The notes under the pieces: generated by a model | The model's database searches: none | What the model saw: only the letters and a program-made list of their open reading frames with translations | What the model was told of the DNA's origin: nothing | Shown: positions 23,921 through 33,279 of the stretch, in pieces | How positions within the stretch are numbered: position 1 is the first letter of the stretch | Layout of the letters: each line of letters begins with the position of its first letter | NCBI GenBank assembly: GCA_024277065.1 | Contig: JAJRVY010000360.1 | Coordinates: 3,450 to 67,449, forward strand | Length of the DNA: 64,000 bases | Direction: 5' to 3' | Source of the DNA: Planctomycetota bacterium | GTDB taxonomy: Bacteria > Planctomycetota > JAJSAM01 > JAJVHW01 | Position numbers and translations under genes: made by a program

Positions 23921-24040
23921 GATCCAGGGGGACGCCGCAACTAACACGCTCGAGGGCACGGGAGTCGGCGCGATCCAGGGGGACGGCCGCAACTAACACG
24001 CTCGAGGGCAACTAACACGCTCGAGGGCACGGGAATCGGC
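23921..24040 (+). repeat. intergenic tandem repeat module; three copies of the core GCAACTAACACGCTCGAGGGCA inside two roughly 50-nt units
   Basis: Core copies at 23937-23958, 23989-24010 and 24008-24029. The flanks GATCCAGGGGGACG(G)CC and CACGGGA(G/A)TCGGC are repeated. A related module lies at 36176-36240. Confidence 0.8.
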
Positions 24041-24056
24041 CAGCGGGGTGCCGTCC

Positions 24057-24890
24057 TCAGCCGAGCGACGCGCGCAGCTTGCCGAGCTCCTCCTCGCAGA
24101 AGCTCTTGAAGCCTTCGTCGTCGATCCTCGCGAGTTGGGCGGCGGCCTCGTCGCGGTGGGTCGTGGCCGCGGAGGCGTCGCCGGCGGCATGGTGGCACTT
24201 GGCGAGAACCTCGTGGGCGAAGAAGAGCTCACCGGCGTCGGCGAGTTGCAGCTGGGTGTGGGCGAGGCGGTACTCGGCGCGCTCGACGTTCATCCAGTTG
24301 CCGCTGATCTCCCAGAAGCGGCGGCCGGCCTCGGCCGCCCGGAGCATCAGGCCGTCCTCATCCCGAGTGCGGCTCGTCTTCTCTTCGAGCGCGCACGCGA
24401 GGTTGTTGCCGGTGACGGCGAGAGCCGTGGCGGCCGGGTCGTCCTTCCCCGGGCCGTAGGCGGCAAGCGCCAGCGCCTTCGTGAGCGTGTCGGAGGCCTC
24501 GGCCACGCGCCCCTGGCCGCAGAGGGCGCGTGTGGATCCGTGGTCCGCGATCCCCGTGGGGCAGAGCCCCCGCGACGCGCGATGGGCCGCCCGACGGTCG
24601 GCGTTCACGCGACGTCCCGGTCGCCGCGGGCGATCACCGCGCCGTGCTGCGCCGCGAGGATTGCCTGGCTCCGCGTGGCGGGGTCGAGAACCGACGTCGC
24701 TCCTGGTACCTGTGCTCGTGGCACCTGTACGCGCGTTCGGCACACCGACGCCCTTGAGCGTGTCGATGCGGGGTACCATGCTCTCGTGAGTCATGTTGCA
24801 GCATCGCTCGCCGGTGCCGCGCGGCCCGTGCCCCGTCAGGAAGGGCAGAGAGAGCCGCTTCGCCCGCACTCTCGTGGCGTCTGTGCGCAC
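24057..24890 (-). CDS. hypothetical helical (TPR-like) protein; true start probably internal
   Basis: The C-terminal roughly 165 aa look protein-like (LTKALALAAYG...WMNVERAEYRLAHTQLQLADAGELFFAHEVLAKCHH). The N-terminal third is R/P-rich and may not be coding. TGA stop. Confidence 0.4.
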   Translation of the reverse strand: MRTDATRVRAKRLSLPFLTGHGPRGTGERCCNMTHESMVPRIDTLKGVGVPNARTGATSTGTRSDVGSRPRHAEPGNPRGAARRGDRPRRPGRRVNADRRAAHRASRGLCPTGIADHGSTRALCGQGRVAEASDTLTKALALAAYGPGKDDPAATALAVTGNNLACALEEKTSRTRDEDGLMLRAAEAGRRFWEISGNWMNVERAEYRLAHTQLQLADAGELFFAHEVLAKCHHAAGDASAATTHRDEAAAQLARIDDEGFKSFCEEELGKLRASLG

Positions 24891-25070
24891 GGCGTCGCTT
24901 GCGCGAGACGTCCGCGAGGCGACGCCAGGCTACGGGAGCAGATCGCGACACGGAGCACAGCCAGTCCAGAGGCCCGCCCGGCGCGACCCGGCCACACGAC
25001 GCCGCCGCGTCAGGCCATGGGTACCGGGTTGACTACACCGGCCATCTGCGCGTGGCCTGCGCCAGCTCCG

Positions 25071-25945
25071 ATGGCGCGCCCCGACTTTCCACGCACACTG
25101 CCTGAGTTCATCCGCCGGTTTCCTGACGAGGCGGCTGCTTCGTCGTACGTCCTGCGATCGCGCTGGCCCGATGGCACCGGTTTCGTGTGCCCGAAGTGTC
25201 AGTGCATCGATGGCAAGGCACGCGCGGATCGTTTGGCGATCCAGTGCGCGAACCGGCAGTGCCGCTCGTACACGACCGCGACCGCCGGGACGGCGATGCA
25301 CCGCTCGAAGCTGCCGCTCACGAGCTGGCTGCTGGCCGCGTGGTTGCTCGTCACGGACAAGCGGGGGATCTTCTCCGTCCAACTCGCCAAGCAACTCGGG
25401 ACGACGCAGGAGACGGCGTACATGATGCTGCACAAGCTGCGTGCGGCGATGGTCTCGCCCACGCGCTCGCTCCTCGCCGGGCGAGTGGAGGTAGACGAGA
25501 CGTACATCGGCGCCAAGAAGCGAGGGCGCGCGGACGCGGAGACCCTAGACAAGATCCTCGTCGTCGGCGCTGTGGAACTCAGGGAGCGCAAGTACCGGAC
25601 GAAGGCGGGTGAGGACAAGGTGGCGACGTGGCCCGGTCGCATCCGTCTTCGTCAGATCACGGGACGCACGGCGCTGGAACTGCAGGGCTTCGTGCTGGAG
25701 AACGTCGCCAAGGGCTCGCACGTCGTGACGGACGGGCTCAAGGAGTACGACGACCTCGATGGAGCTGGCTACCTCCACGAGATCGAGAGCACATCGTTCG
25801 GGGACGACCACGATGCCGTGCTCCCGCACCTCCACACCGTCTTCTCGAACCTCAAGGCCTACCTGAAGGGCACCCACCACGGGAGCGTGTACGGCAAGCA
25901 CATCCAGGCGTACATCAACGAGTGTATTCGTTCAGAGGGTGTCCG
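25071..25945 (+). pseudogene. IS1595-family (ISXO2-like) transposase, 3'-decayed
   Basis: Zinc-ribbon N-terminus (RWPDGTGFVCPKCQC...CANRQCRSYTTATAGTAMHRSKLPLTSWLLAAWLL) and DDE region (VEVDETYIGAKKRG...). Similarity breaks at ...KHIQAYINE, where the expected F-x-F-R-F-N-R-R tail is scrambled by indels. Confidence 0.8.
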
Positions 25946-26199
25946 AGCCTGCCGCCCCGTTGGCGGCCGGCGGTCGCCCGACAGACACAAGGATAGCCCA
26001 CGCGCGGGTAGCGGAGAAGTGGCTGGTCTGCGTCGCTGGAGCTGTGCGGCCCGCCGGCCGATGAAGCCGGTGTGGGACCGGCATCCTGCAGCGACCCAAG
26101 ACACACGCACCTGCTCAGCAAGGTCGCCGCGCTGACTGCACGCGTCGAGGATCTCGCCGCTGCGCCGGCGCAGCGCGACGAGGAGCACGCTCGAGATCT

Positions 26200-26342
26200 C
26201 GGAAGAAGAACTCCACGTCGGTGCGCCCCGTGCCGATCACGCCCTCGGCGGTGATCTCGCCGGTGGCGCGCTCCAGCACGCACGCGTGGATCTTGCGGTC
26301 TCCGATGTCCATCCCGATCACGAAACGCGTAGACTTCGTCAT
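26200..26342 (-). mobile_element. possible IS110-family transposase N-terminal fragment
   Basis: MTKSTRFVIGMDIGDRKIHACVLERATGEITAEGV... resembles the DEDD N-terminus of IS110 transposases. Only about 47 aa are present, abutting the decayed IS1595 gene. Confidence 0.35.
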
Positions 26343-26559
26343 GGCTGGTCTCCTTTGGGCGGTGTGCGCCCGATGGTCAACGAGTACCCCCTGAGGGTCA
26401 CTTCGTCCGGGAGACCGGCCTTCTCTTCTCATCAGATACGATCGAGGAGCCGAGTCGTGAGCAACAAGGCGAACATCTTCTACGTTCTTGTCGGGGCAGC
26501 CCTCGTGGCTGCATGAGGAAGGCGCCCAGCAAGCCGTTGGGGCGGAATGGCCTTCGGCC

Positions 26560-27585
26560 CTACTTGTGCTCGGTCAGTCGGCTCGTCTCGTACTTGTTCT
26601 TCTTGTACGTGTTGGGTGTCTGGACGACATCGGGGTCGTACTCGAACTCGATGATGTCGAACCAGCGGCTGCCACGGATCGTGTTGCCGACGACGACGTT
26701 GCCGCCGACGCCGAACGCGATCCCGTACCCGCCGGCCGCGGTGACCCGGTTCTTCGAGAGTTTGTCGCCGGGCTCGTCGATGTCGAACCCCGAGAATCCG
26801 CTGCCGGTGACGGTGTTCTTCACGAACTCGTTGCGCTCTCCGCCCCCACTCTGGAAGCCGTTCTCGGTGATCTCGCTCAGGGTGTTCTTCTTGAGGAGGT
26901 AGCCGGTTGCGCGCCAGAGGTCCACACCGTCGTCCTCGCACCGCGCGAGGCGGTTGCCCACTGCGGCGTTGTCGTCGCCCCAGATGCGTATCCCGTCCTC
27001 CCCGCAGTCCGCGATGTCGTTCTTGGTGAGCTTGTTCTGGTCACCGAGGACGACGATACCGTTCTGACCGCACTCGCCGATGCGGTTGCGCGTCACGACG
27101 CACCGCGTCGCTATTTCGCCGAACTGCATGCCGTCGTCGCCCGCGCCCTCGATCCGCGTGCGCTGGACCTTGACCGCCTGCGACGAATCGACCGCCAGGC
27201 CGTCACGAAGGGCGTTCTCGATCGTGCAGTCGCGGATCAGGACCTTTTCGGAGTCCGAGACGGTGATGCCGTCGAGGGCGCCTTGCAGCACGAGCCCCTG
27301 GAGCTTGACGCGAGATGAACCGGTCACGGAGATCGCGAACCCGCCTCCGCCCGCGTCGATGACCGGCGCCCCGCTTCCCTTGAGCGTCAGTCGCGACGCG
27401 TTCGCGATCGACACGCGCTCGGCGTAGGTGCCGGACTTGATGACGATCGTGTCGCCGCTGCCCGCGGCATCGACGGCTTCTTGGATCGTCGCGTAGTCCG
27501 CCGGAACACGGAGCTTGCCGGCGCTCGCGACTCCGCCCGCCGCTGCGACCCCCACGACTGCCAGCACGATCGTCAATAGGCGCAT
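26560..27585 (-). CDS. secreted right-handed parallel beta-helix repeat protein (NosD/pectate-lyase-like fold)
   Basis: Signal peptide MRLLTIVLAVVGVAAAGGVASA. Periodic repeats of the form xNxIxxxxxdGI. GC is visibly lower than in the neighbours. TAG stop. Confidence 0.75.
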   Translation of the reverse strand: MRLLTIVLAVVGVAAAGGVASAGKLRVPADYATIQEAVDAAGSGDTIVIKSGTYAERVSIANASRLTLKGSGAPVIDAGGGGFAISVTGSSRVKLQGLVLQGALDGITVSDSEKVLIRDCTIENALRDGLAVDSSQAVKVQRTRIEGAGDDGMQFGEIATRCVVTRNRIGECGQNGIVVLGDQNKLTKNDIADCGEDGIRIWGDDNAAVGNRLARCEDDGVDLWRATGYLLKKNTLSEITENGFQSGGGERNEFVKNTVTGSGFSGFDIDEPGDKLSKNRVTAAGGYGIAFGVGGNVVVGNTIRGSRWFDIIEFEYDPDVVQTPNTYKKNKYETSRLTEHK

Positions 27586-27656
27586 CAGAGTTCCCCTGTC
27601 CTGGTTCGCCGAGGGCCCCTGCCGGGGCCCGTCGTACGGTCGAGATCCTCGCGGAC

Positions 27657-28046
27657 GTGGGACGCCGCCGCTGCGACCTTCGTCACACGGGCGGTGAGCC
27701 GCGCCGTGCGTCCCCGTCGGCTCCGGCATCCGGCGTCGAACTGCTTGATCCGCCGCCCCCGCGGCCCTTCGACGCGCTGCCGCCGACCGTGGACGAGCAG
27801 GCGGCGTTCATGCTCGACCGCGCGCCCCCGGAGAACGGGGACGCGGCGCTGCGGCTGGCCGCGGCGTCCGCGGATCCCGTCGCGCGGCTGCGCGCCGCGA
27901 CGGCGGCCCTGCGACGCGGTGGTGACGCGGCGCGCTGGTACGCGGCGGCGCGCATCCTCGCTTCTCTGCGGGGCACGCGCGAAGCGGTCTGGGCGGGGCT
28001 GTCCGCCGGCGACCCGGCGGCGCACCGCGCTCGCGGAGGCGGCTGA
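27657..28046 (+). CDS. hypothetical HEAT-like protein fragment; may continue into the next ORF through a +1 shift
   Basis: Protein-like stretch LDRAPPENGDAALRLAAASADPVARLRAATAALRRGGDAARWYAAARILASL. The frame ends at 28046 while the +1 frame continues in a protein-like way. Confidence 0.3.
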   Translation: MGRRRCDLRHTGGEPRRASPSAPASGVELLDPPPPRPFDALPPTVDEQAAFMLDRAPPENGDAALRLAAASADPVARLRAATAALRRGGDAARWYAAARILASLRGTREAVWAGLSAGDPAAHRARGGG

Positions 28047-28101
28047 ACTGCGGACGCTCTTCGCGACCGCGCCACCGATCGGCGCCGCAGCCCCCGAGCG
28101 C

Positions 28102-28593
28102 GTGCTCGTGCAGGGCGACGGCGGGGCGTTCGTCGCGACGCCCCGTAGACCGGTGGCCGGGGATCCACGCGGCGCATGGTGGCTGACGCGCCTGCCGCCG
28201 GGGAGTCTGCAGCGCGTCGCGGAACACCTCCCGGGTGACGCGCTCCTCACCGCCTCGCGCGACGACGCGGTGGCCGGCGCGGGCGGTGCGTCGAGCGACG
28301 TGCTCGCGCTGGGATTCGTGATCGCCGCGCTCGCGGCCGTCATGGCTTTCCTGGCCTTCGCGTGGGCCGTTCTGCACGAGTCACGCCTCGTGCGCCTGCG
28401 CAGCGAGCTCGTGGCCACGGTGGGGCACGAGCTGCGCGCTCCCGACGCGCTGGAACGCCTGCTGGACGTGGCCGCCAAGGACGGCGACGCGGCCGTGCGC
28501 GCCGAGGCGCGGCGGGCGCTGCTCGCGCTCGGCGCCGGCAGGAGCGCGGTGACGCTCGCGCAGGCGGCGGGCGGGAAGGACGACGGCAAGTAG
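28102..28593 (+). CDS. hypothetical membrane-anchored protein with an H-box-like motif and a HEAT-like C-terminus
   Basis: TM helix LALGFVIAALAAVMAFLAFAWAV, then LRSELVATVGHELRAP (HisKA H-box-like) and DGDAAVRAEARRALLALG. The GTG start is only a guess. Confidence 0.35.
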   Translation: MLVQGDGGAFVATPRRPVAGDPRGAWWLTRLPPGSLQRVAEHLPGDALLTASRDDAVAGAGGASSDVLALGFVIAALAAVMAFLAFAWAVLHESRLVRLRSELVATVGHELRAPDALERLLDVAAKDGDAAVRAEARRALLALGAGRSAVTLAQAAGGKDDGK

Positions 28594-28629
28594 CCGGAAC
28601 CCGTGCATCCGTCGGCGCGTTGATGAGGG

Positions 28630-30219
28630 ATGGCTATCCTCTCTTCCATGCACCTGCGCTGCGCGTTCTCGTTGATCTGCCTCGCCGCCGCCCTGACGGC
28701 GACGCCCGGCGTTCGCGCCCAGGATCTCGAGGATCTTCCGGCCGAGGAGCCCGAACGGGCGACCGACGACTCGACGGCGGACTACCTGGCGGCGCTGGCG
28801 CTCCAGCGCAAGGGGCGCTTCCGGTCGGCGCAGCGGGCGTTCTGGAAGGTGCTGAAGAAGTACCCGGACTCGGTGCACCGGCAGGACATGCTGTTGCGCT
28901 CGGGGTGGGACGACACCGAGAACCACTTCGCCGGCGTCGAGGTGCTGCACGAGAGCGGGCCGCCGTCGCGGCGCATCGACGTCGCCGTCATGGGCGATGG
29001 GTTCACCGTGGCCTCCAAGGACCAGAAGCTCGAGCGCAAGTGGGCGGACCTCTGCGTGGACGTGCTCTTCAGCGAGCCCTCGTTCGATGAGTATCGCGGC
29101 TACTTCAACTACTACTTCGTGCGCCTCGTCAGCGAGGACGAGAAGGTCGATCCCAAGCTGACGGAAGCGGCCAAGGCGAAGATCGACGAGAAGAACAAGC
29201 GCCGCGCGAAGAAGAAGAAGTACGACTACGAGACGGCGCTCGACTGCAAGGCCATGGGGCCGCAGGGGCAGGTCATGGCCGATCGCCGCAAGGTCTTCCA
29301 CTGGCTCGGCGTCGGCGAGCGCGACCGTCCGGGCTGCGGCGACGACGGGCTCGTCATCGCGTTCGCGCGCTTCGGGAAACTGGGCATGGGCGGCGGCGGC
29401 GTGGCCAACGTGGGGCGCCCCGACAAGTCGGTGACGGTGCACGAGTTCGGGCACTCGTTCGTGGGGCTGCTCGACGAGTACACCAACAACCCCGGAGTGC
29501 CGCGCTGGGCGGTCCGCGCGCCGAACGCGACGAGTGACCGCAACGACATCCCGTGGCAGCACTTCCTGGACGCCAAGGTCAAGGGCGTCGAGGTCATCGA
29601 GGGCGGCGCGACCTTCGTGAAGGGCGTCTGGCGCCCGGCCAAGACCTGCGCCATGAACTCCGCCGGGGCCACGGGCTTCTGCCCGGTCTGCCGCGAGGCC
29701 GCCGTGCTCGCCGTCTACCGCTACGTCAGTCCCATCGACACGTCGAGTCCGCCCACGACGACGGAACTCAAGGTGCTCGAGGGCGACGCCGCCGTGCTGG
29801 CCGTGACGCCCATGCGGCCCAAGAATCACGCGCTGGACGTGACGTGGACCGTCGAGCCGGTCGCCGCCGACGCCGACGGCCCGGAATCCGGCGCGGGCGG
29901 GGCGACCGGCGAGGGCTCTCCCGGAATCGGGCCCGGCGGTGCGCCGATACCGCGGCGGCGCTTCCGCGGCGTGCGCGGGCGCCAGGACCGCTCGGCGCTC
30001 GATGCGCCACCCGCCGGGGAACTGTCGAAACTGGGCCGCAAGGCGAAGACCAAGAAGGGCGAGCCCCTGCGTCACGAGTTCCCCGTCGGCAAGCTGCCGC
30101 CCGGACGCTATCGCGTGACCGTGACCGTCAAGGACCCGACGAAGTGGGTGCTGCGGGACGACCGACACCTGCTCGAGGAGCGTGAGACGTGGTGGGTCAC
30201 CGTAGCGCCGCAGTCCTGA
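28630..30219 (+). CDS. secreted M64-family (IgA-peptidase-like) zinc metallopeptidase
   Basis: Signal peptide, VAVMGDGFT, HEFGHSFVGLLDEY zinc motif, TGA stop. Confidence 0.75.
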   Translation: MAILSSMHLRCAFSLICLAAALTATPGVRAQDLEDLPAEEPERATDDSTADYLAALALQRKGRFRSAQRAFWKVLKKYPDSVHRQDMLLRSGWDDTENHFAGVEVLHESGPPSRRIDVAVMGDGFTVASKDQKLERKWADLCVDVLFSEPSFDEYRGYFNYYFVRLVSEDEKVDPKLTEAAKAKIDEKNKRRAKKKKYDYETALDCKAMGPQGQVMADRRKVFHWLGVGERDRPGCGDDGLVIAFARFGKLGMGGGGVANVGRPDKSVTVHEFGHSFVGLLDEYTNNPGVPRWAVRAPNATSDRNDIPWQHFLDAKVKGVEVIEGGATFVKGVWRPAKTCAMNSAGATGFCPVCREAAVLAVYRYVSPIDTSSPPTTTELKVLEGDAAVLAVTPMRPKNHALDVTWTVEPVAADADGPESGAGGATGEGSPGIGPGGAPIPRRRFRGVRGRQDRSALDAPPAGELSKLGRKAKTKKGEPLRHEFPVGKLPPGRYRVTVTVKDPTKWVLRDDRHLLEERETWWVTVAPQS

Positions 30220-30779
30220 ACGTCGTCGTCGCCATGGTGCTCGCGCCGCTGCTGCTCGCCGGCGGGTGCAGGAGCGGGCACGCGCCGTTCGCGCGGCCGA
30301 CGCGCCACGTGGACGCGCCGCCGAGCGTGGGCACGGTCGATGCCAAGGTCAGCCCGGCCATCGCCGAGTTCGGCGCCTTCGAGGTCGCGGTGCTGCGCCC
30401 GACCGGCGATGGCGTCGCCGCGGCAGTGCTCAGCGGTTTCCGCGAAGGGCTGTACGACGCGCTGCTGGGGCGTGGCTACAGTCCGCTCGCGCTGCTGTAC
30501 GTGGACGCCGCCGGCGCCGCGGCGCTCGAGCCCGGCCGCACGTTTCCGCTGCGCGCGCACGTCACCGAGGTACTGCCCGCGGTGGATGGCGGCTACCTCG
30601 TGAGCGGCTGGGCGGGTCTCGTCGCGCCGCGCGGGGACGGCGGCGAGGACACGCTCTACGTCAGCGAGATCACGCGCCTCGCCGTGCTGCCGCAGAAGGG
30701 GCCCGCCGCCCGCGACGGCGGCGCCGCCACGGGGCGCCGCCTCGCCGCGGCCCTGTTGCAGCACCTTCCCGCGCGCTGA
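30189..30779 (+). CDS. lipoprotein, function unknown
   Basis: AVLNVVVAMVLAPLLLAGGC gives a signal peptide plus lipobox. An alternative ATG lies at 30234. TGA stop. Confidence 0.5.
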   Translation: MVGHRSAAVLNVVVAMVLAPLLLAGGCRSGHAPFARPTRHVDAPPSVGTVDAKVSPAIAEFGAFEVAVLRPTGDGVAAAVLSGFREGLYDALLGRGYSPLALLYVDAAGAAALEPGRTFPLRAHVTEVLPAVDGGYLVSGWAGLVAPRGDGGEDTLYVSEITRLAVLPQKGPAARDGGAATGRRLAAALLQHLPAR

Positions 30780-30800
30780 CGTCGTCTCCCCGAGTGCGGA

Positions 30801-31706
30801 CTACGCCGACGGGGGATCGTCGCCGCGCGGCGGGTCGTCCATCTCGATGCCGCGCGCGGTCCGCACCTGCGCGGCGTCCGTCGTGGGCGCGTCGTCTCCG
30901 CCGCCGCCGTCGTCGTCGTCGTCCGCGTCCGCGTCCGCGTCTCCGGCGCTGATCCCCGTCTTCGTCAGGATGCCCTTGAGCAGGTCCACGGGCACCGGGA
31001 AGATGATCGTCGAATTCTGCTCGACGCCAATCTCGGTCAGCGTCTGGAGGTAGCGCAGTTGGATCGCGGCGGGCTCGGTGGCGAGGCGCTTGGCGGCGCG
31101 GGCGAGTTGCTGCGATGCGTTGTACTCGCCCTCGGCGTGGATGATCTTGGCGCGCTTCTCGCGCTCGGCCTCGGCCTGCTTGGCCATCGCGCGCTGCATC
31201 GACATGGGCAGTTCCACGTCCTTGACCTCGACCATCGAGACCTTGATGCCCCACGGCTCGGTCTCCTCGTCGATGATGCGGCAGAGTTCGGCGTTGATGT
31301 GCTCACGCTTCGACAGCAACTCGTCGAGTTCGCTCTGACCGAGAACGCTGCGCAGCGTCGTCTGTGACACCAGCCACGTCGCGCGCTGGTAGTTCTCGAC
31401 GTTGACGATGGCCATGCTCGGTTCCATCACGCGGAAATAGACGACGGCGTTCACCTTCACGGTGACGTTGTCGCGCGTGATGCACTCCTGCGCCGGGACG
31501 TCCAGCGTCACGACACGCAGATCAACGCGGACCATGCGCTCCACGAGCGGGATGAGCAGGACCAGGCCCGGGCCGCGCGTGGCGACGAGCCGGCCGAGCC
31601 GGAAGACGACGGCACGCTCGTACTCCTGCACGATGCGCACGGCCTGGAACAGGATGAAGAGAGCGAAACCGAGCAGGACGAACAGGATCACGACCGGGTT
31701 CGGCAT
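30801..31706 (-). CDS. SPFH/band-7 (stomatin-like) protein with an acidic tail
   Basis: N-terminal TM then SPFH domain ([14 protein letters not shown]...). Partner of the upstream nfeD. TAG stop. Confidence 0.9.
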   Translation of the reverse strand: MPNPVVILFVLLGFALFILFQAVRIVQEYERAVVFRLGRLVATRGPGLVLLIPLVERMVRVDLRVVTLDVPAQECITRDNVTVKVNAVVYFRVMEPSMAIVNVENYQRATWLVSQTTLRSVLGQSELDELLSKREHINAELCRIIDEETEPWGIKVSMVEVKDVELPMSMQRAMAKQAEAEREKRAKIIHAEGEYNASQQLARAAKRLATEPAAIQLRYLQTLTEIGVEQNSTIIFPVPVDLLKGILTKTGISAGDADADADDDDDGGGGDDAPTTDAAQVRTARGIEMDDPPRGDDPPSA

Positions 31707-31757
31707 GGAAGCCTCCCAACTGCTACGACGACTACGATCAAGTCCACGTCTTGAACA

Positions 31758-33110
31758 CTACGCGTCAGGTGCGGCGCGGACCTCCAACTGCAGGCCCTGC
31801 ACCGCGGTCACTTCGATCTCGGCGCCCGGCTCGTACGGGCCGTCCGCGGCGCTTGCCTTCCATGTCTCGCCCTGGACGCGCACCGTGCCCTCGGGGGCGA
31901 GGCGCGAGACGACACGTCCCATCGCGCCGACGAGGCCCTCCCGGCCGGTGGTGGCCTTGAGGCCCTGGCTGCGCAGCACGGCGCTCGCCGCGAACGCGAA
32001 GAAAGCGCCGCAGGCGAGCGCTGTCGTCCACAGCACCGCCGGCGAGATGGCGAAGATCGGCGAGTCGAACAGGATCATGCCGCCGATCACCATGGATACG
32101 ACACCGCCCATCGCGATCAGCCCGCCCGTTCCGAGCTTGGCGTCGGCGAAGAAGAGCGCGAAGGCCAGCAGCATCAGCCCGACGCCCGCGTAGTTCGCCG
32201 GCAGGATGCCGAGCACGTACACGCCGAGCAGGAGGCAGATCGAGCCGACGACGCCGCCGAGCCCGAAGCCCGGGCTCGCGAACTCGTACACGAGTCCCAT
32301 CATCCCGAGGGTCATGAGGATGTACGCCACGTTCGGCGAAGCCAGCGCGACGAGCAGCGACTCGGCGCGGCTCATCCGGACCTCGCGTACGACGGCCCCG
32401 AGCGTGTGCAGCGCGACGGGCGCCCCGCCGACGATGGCCGCGCGCCCGTCGAGCTGTGACAGGAGATCGTCCACGTCGCGCGCGAGCAGGTCGATGACGC
32501 GTAGCTCCAGCACCTCCTCGTCGGTCGATGACCGCGCGTCGCGGATGGCGTCCTCGGCCCAGTCCATGGCCTGCGGTCCGCGCCGCTTGGCGAGGTTGCG
32601 CATCTGTGTCACCAGCGTGTTCATCATCTTGGCGCGGGCCGTCTCGCCGAGTTCCTCGCCTTGCGGCCCGATGGGGCTCGCCGCGCCGATCGAGGTGCCG
32701 GGGGCCATGGCGGCGAGGTGCGCGGCCAGTGTGATGAACGTGCCGGCGGAGCCGGCCATCGCGCCTTCCGGTCCGATCCACACGACGACGGGGATCTTCG
32801 ACGCGAGCATGCGCTTCATGATCTCCTCGGTGATCGCGACGCCGCCGCCGGGGGTGTCGAGGCGGATGACGACGACGTCGGTGCCGTCCTCTTCCGCGTC
32901 GTCGAGAGACCGCTCGACGTAGCCCGCCACGACCGACGTGATCGGGCCGTCCACGTGCAGGAGGTCCACCCGCGGGACGGCGGCGCGGCCGCCGTCCCGT
33001 GCGGCGTCCTGCGCCTGCGCCGCCGCGGGGAGCGCCCACGCGCACAGCACCAGCAGCGTCGCGGCGAGCAGCGCGACCAGGTGACTTGCGATGGGGCGTG
33101 GCTGGGTCAT
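31758..33110 (-). CDS. NfeD-family membrane-bound serine protease (ClpP-class)
   Basis: Signal peptide, ClpP-like domain (VVIRLDTPGG...GSAGTFI), TM block and a C-terminal OB-like NfeD domain. Start ATG at 33110. TAG stop. Confidence 0.88.
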   Translation of the reverse strand: MTQPRPIASHLVALLAATLLVLCAWALPAAAQAQDAARDGGRAAVPRVDLLHVDGPITSVVAGYVERSLDDAEEDGTDVVVIRLDTPGGGVAITEEIMKRMLASKIPVVVWIGPEGAMAGSAGTFITLAAHLAAMAPGTSIGAASPIGPQGEELGETARAKMMNTLVTQMRNLAKRRGPQAMDWAEDAIRDARSSTDEEVLELRVIDLLARDVDDLLSQLDGRAAIVGGAPVALHTLGAVVREVRMSRAESLLVALASPNVAYILMTLGMMGLVYEFASPGFGLGGVVGSICLLLGVYVLGILPANYAGVGLMLLAFALFFADAKLGTGGLIAMGGVVSMVIGGMILFDSPIFAISPAVLWTTALACGAFFAFAASAVLRSQGLKATTGREGLVGAMGRVVSRLAPEGTVRVQGETWKASAADGPYEPGAEIEVTAVQGLQLEVRAAPDA

Positions 33111-33279
33111 GGGGGGGGGCTCGCAGGGCGCGGGCGCTCCAAACCTCCATCCTACTCTCCTCGAGGCCGGGGACCGACGGGGTTGCACGAGGAGCGCAAT
33201 TGCGATCGACTCCCTACTGTGGCCACCGACGCGAGCGCACGCGGCGCTTGCGCGGCCCGGGCACGCGAGGTGTCCCCCT

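Noticed and set aside
23921-24040. The repeat cluster as a CRISPR array
   Set aside because: The cores are contiguous or overlapping with no unique spacers. There are only three copies and no cas genes, and the same module recurs at 36.2 kb as a unit.
30108-30803. 230 open codons continue in frame after the stomatin TAG stop
   Set aside because: The extension is antisense to a plausible lipoprotein gene and is Arg/Gly/Ala-rich with no protein-like features. This is a typical high-GC open-frame artefact.
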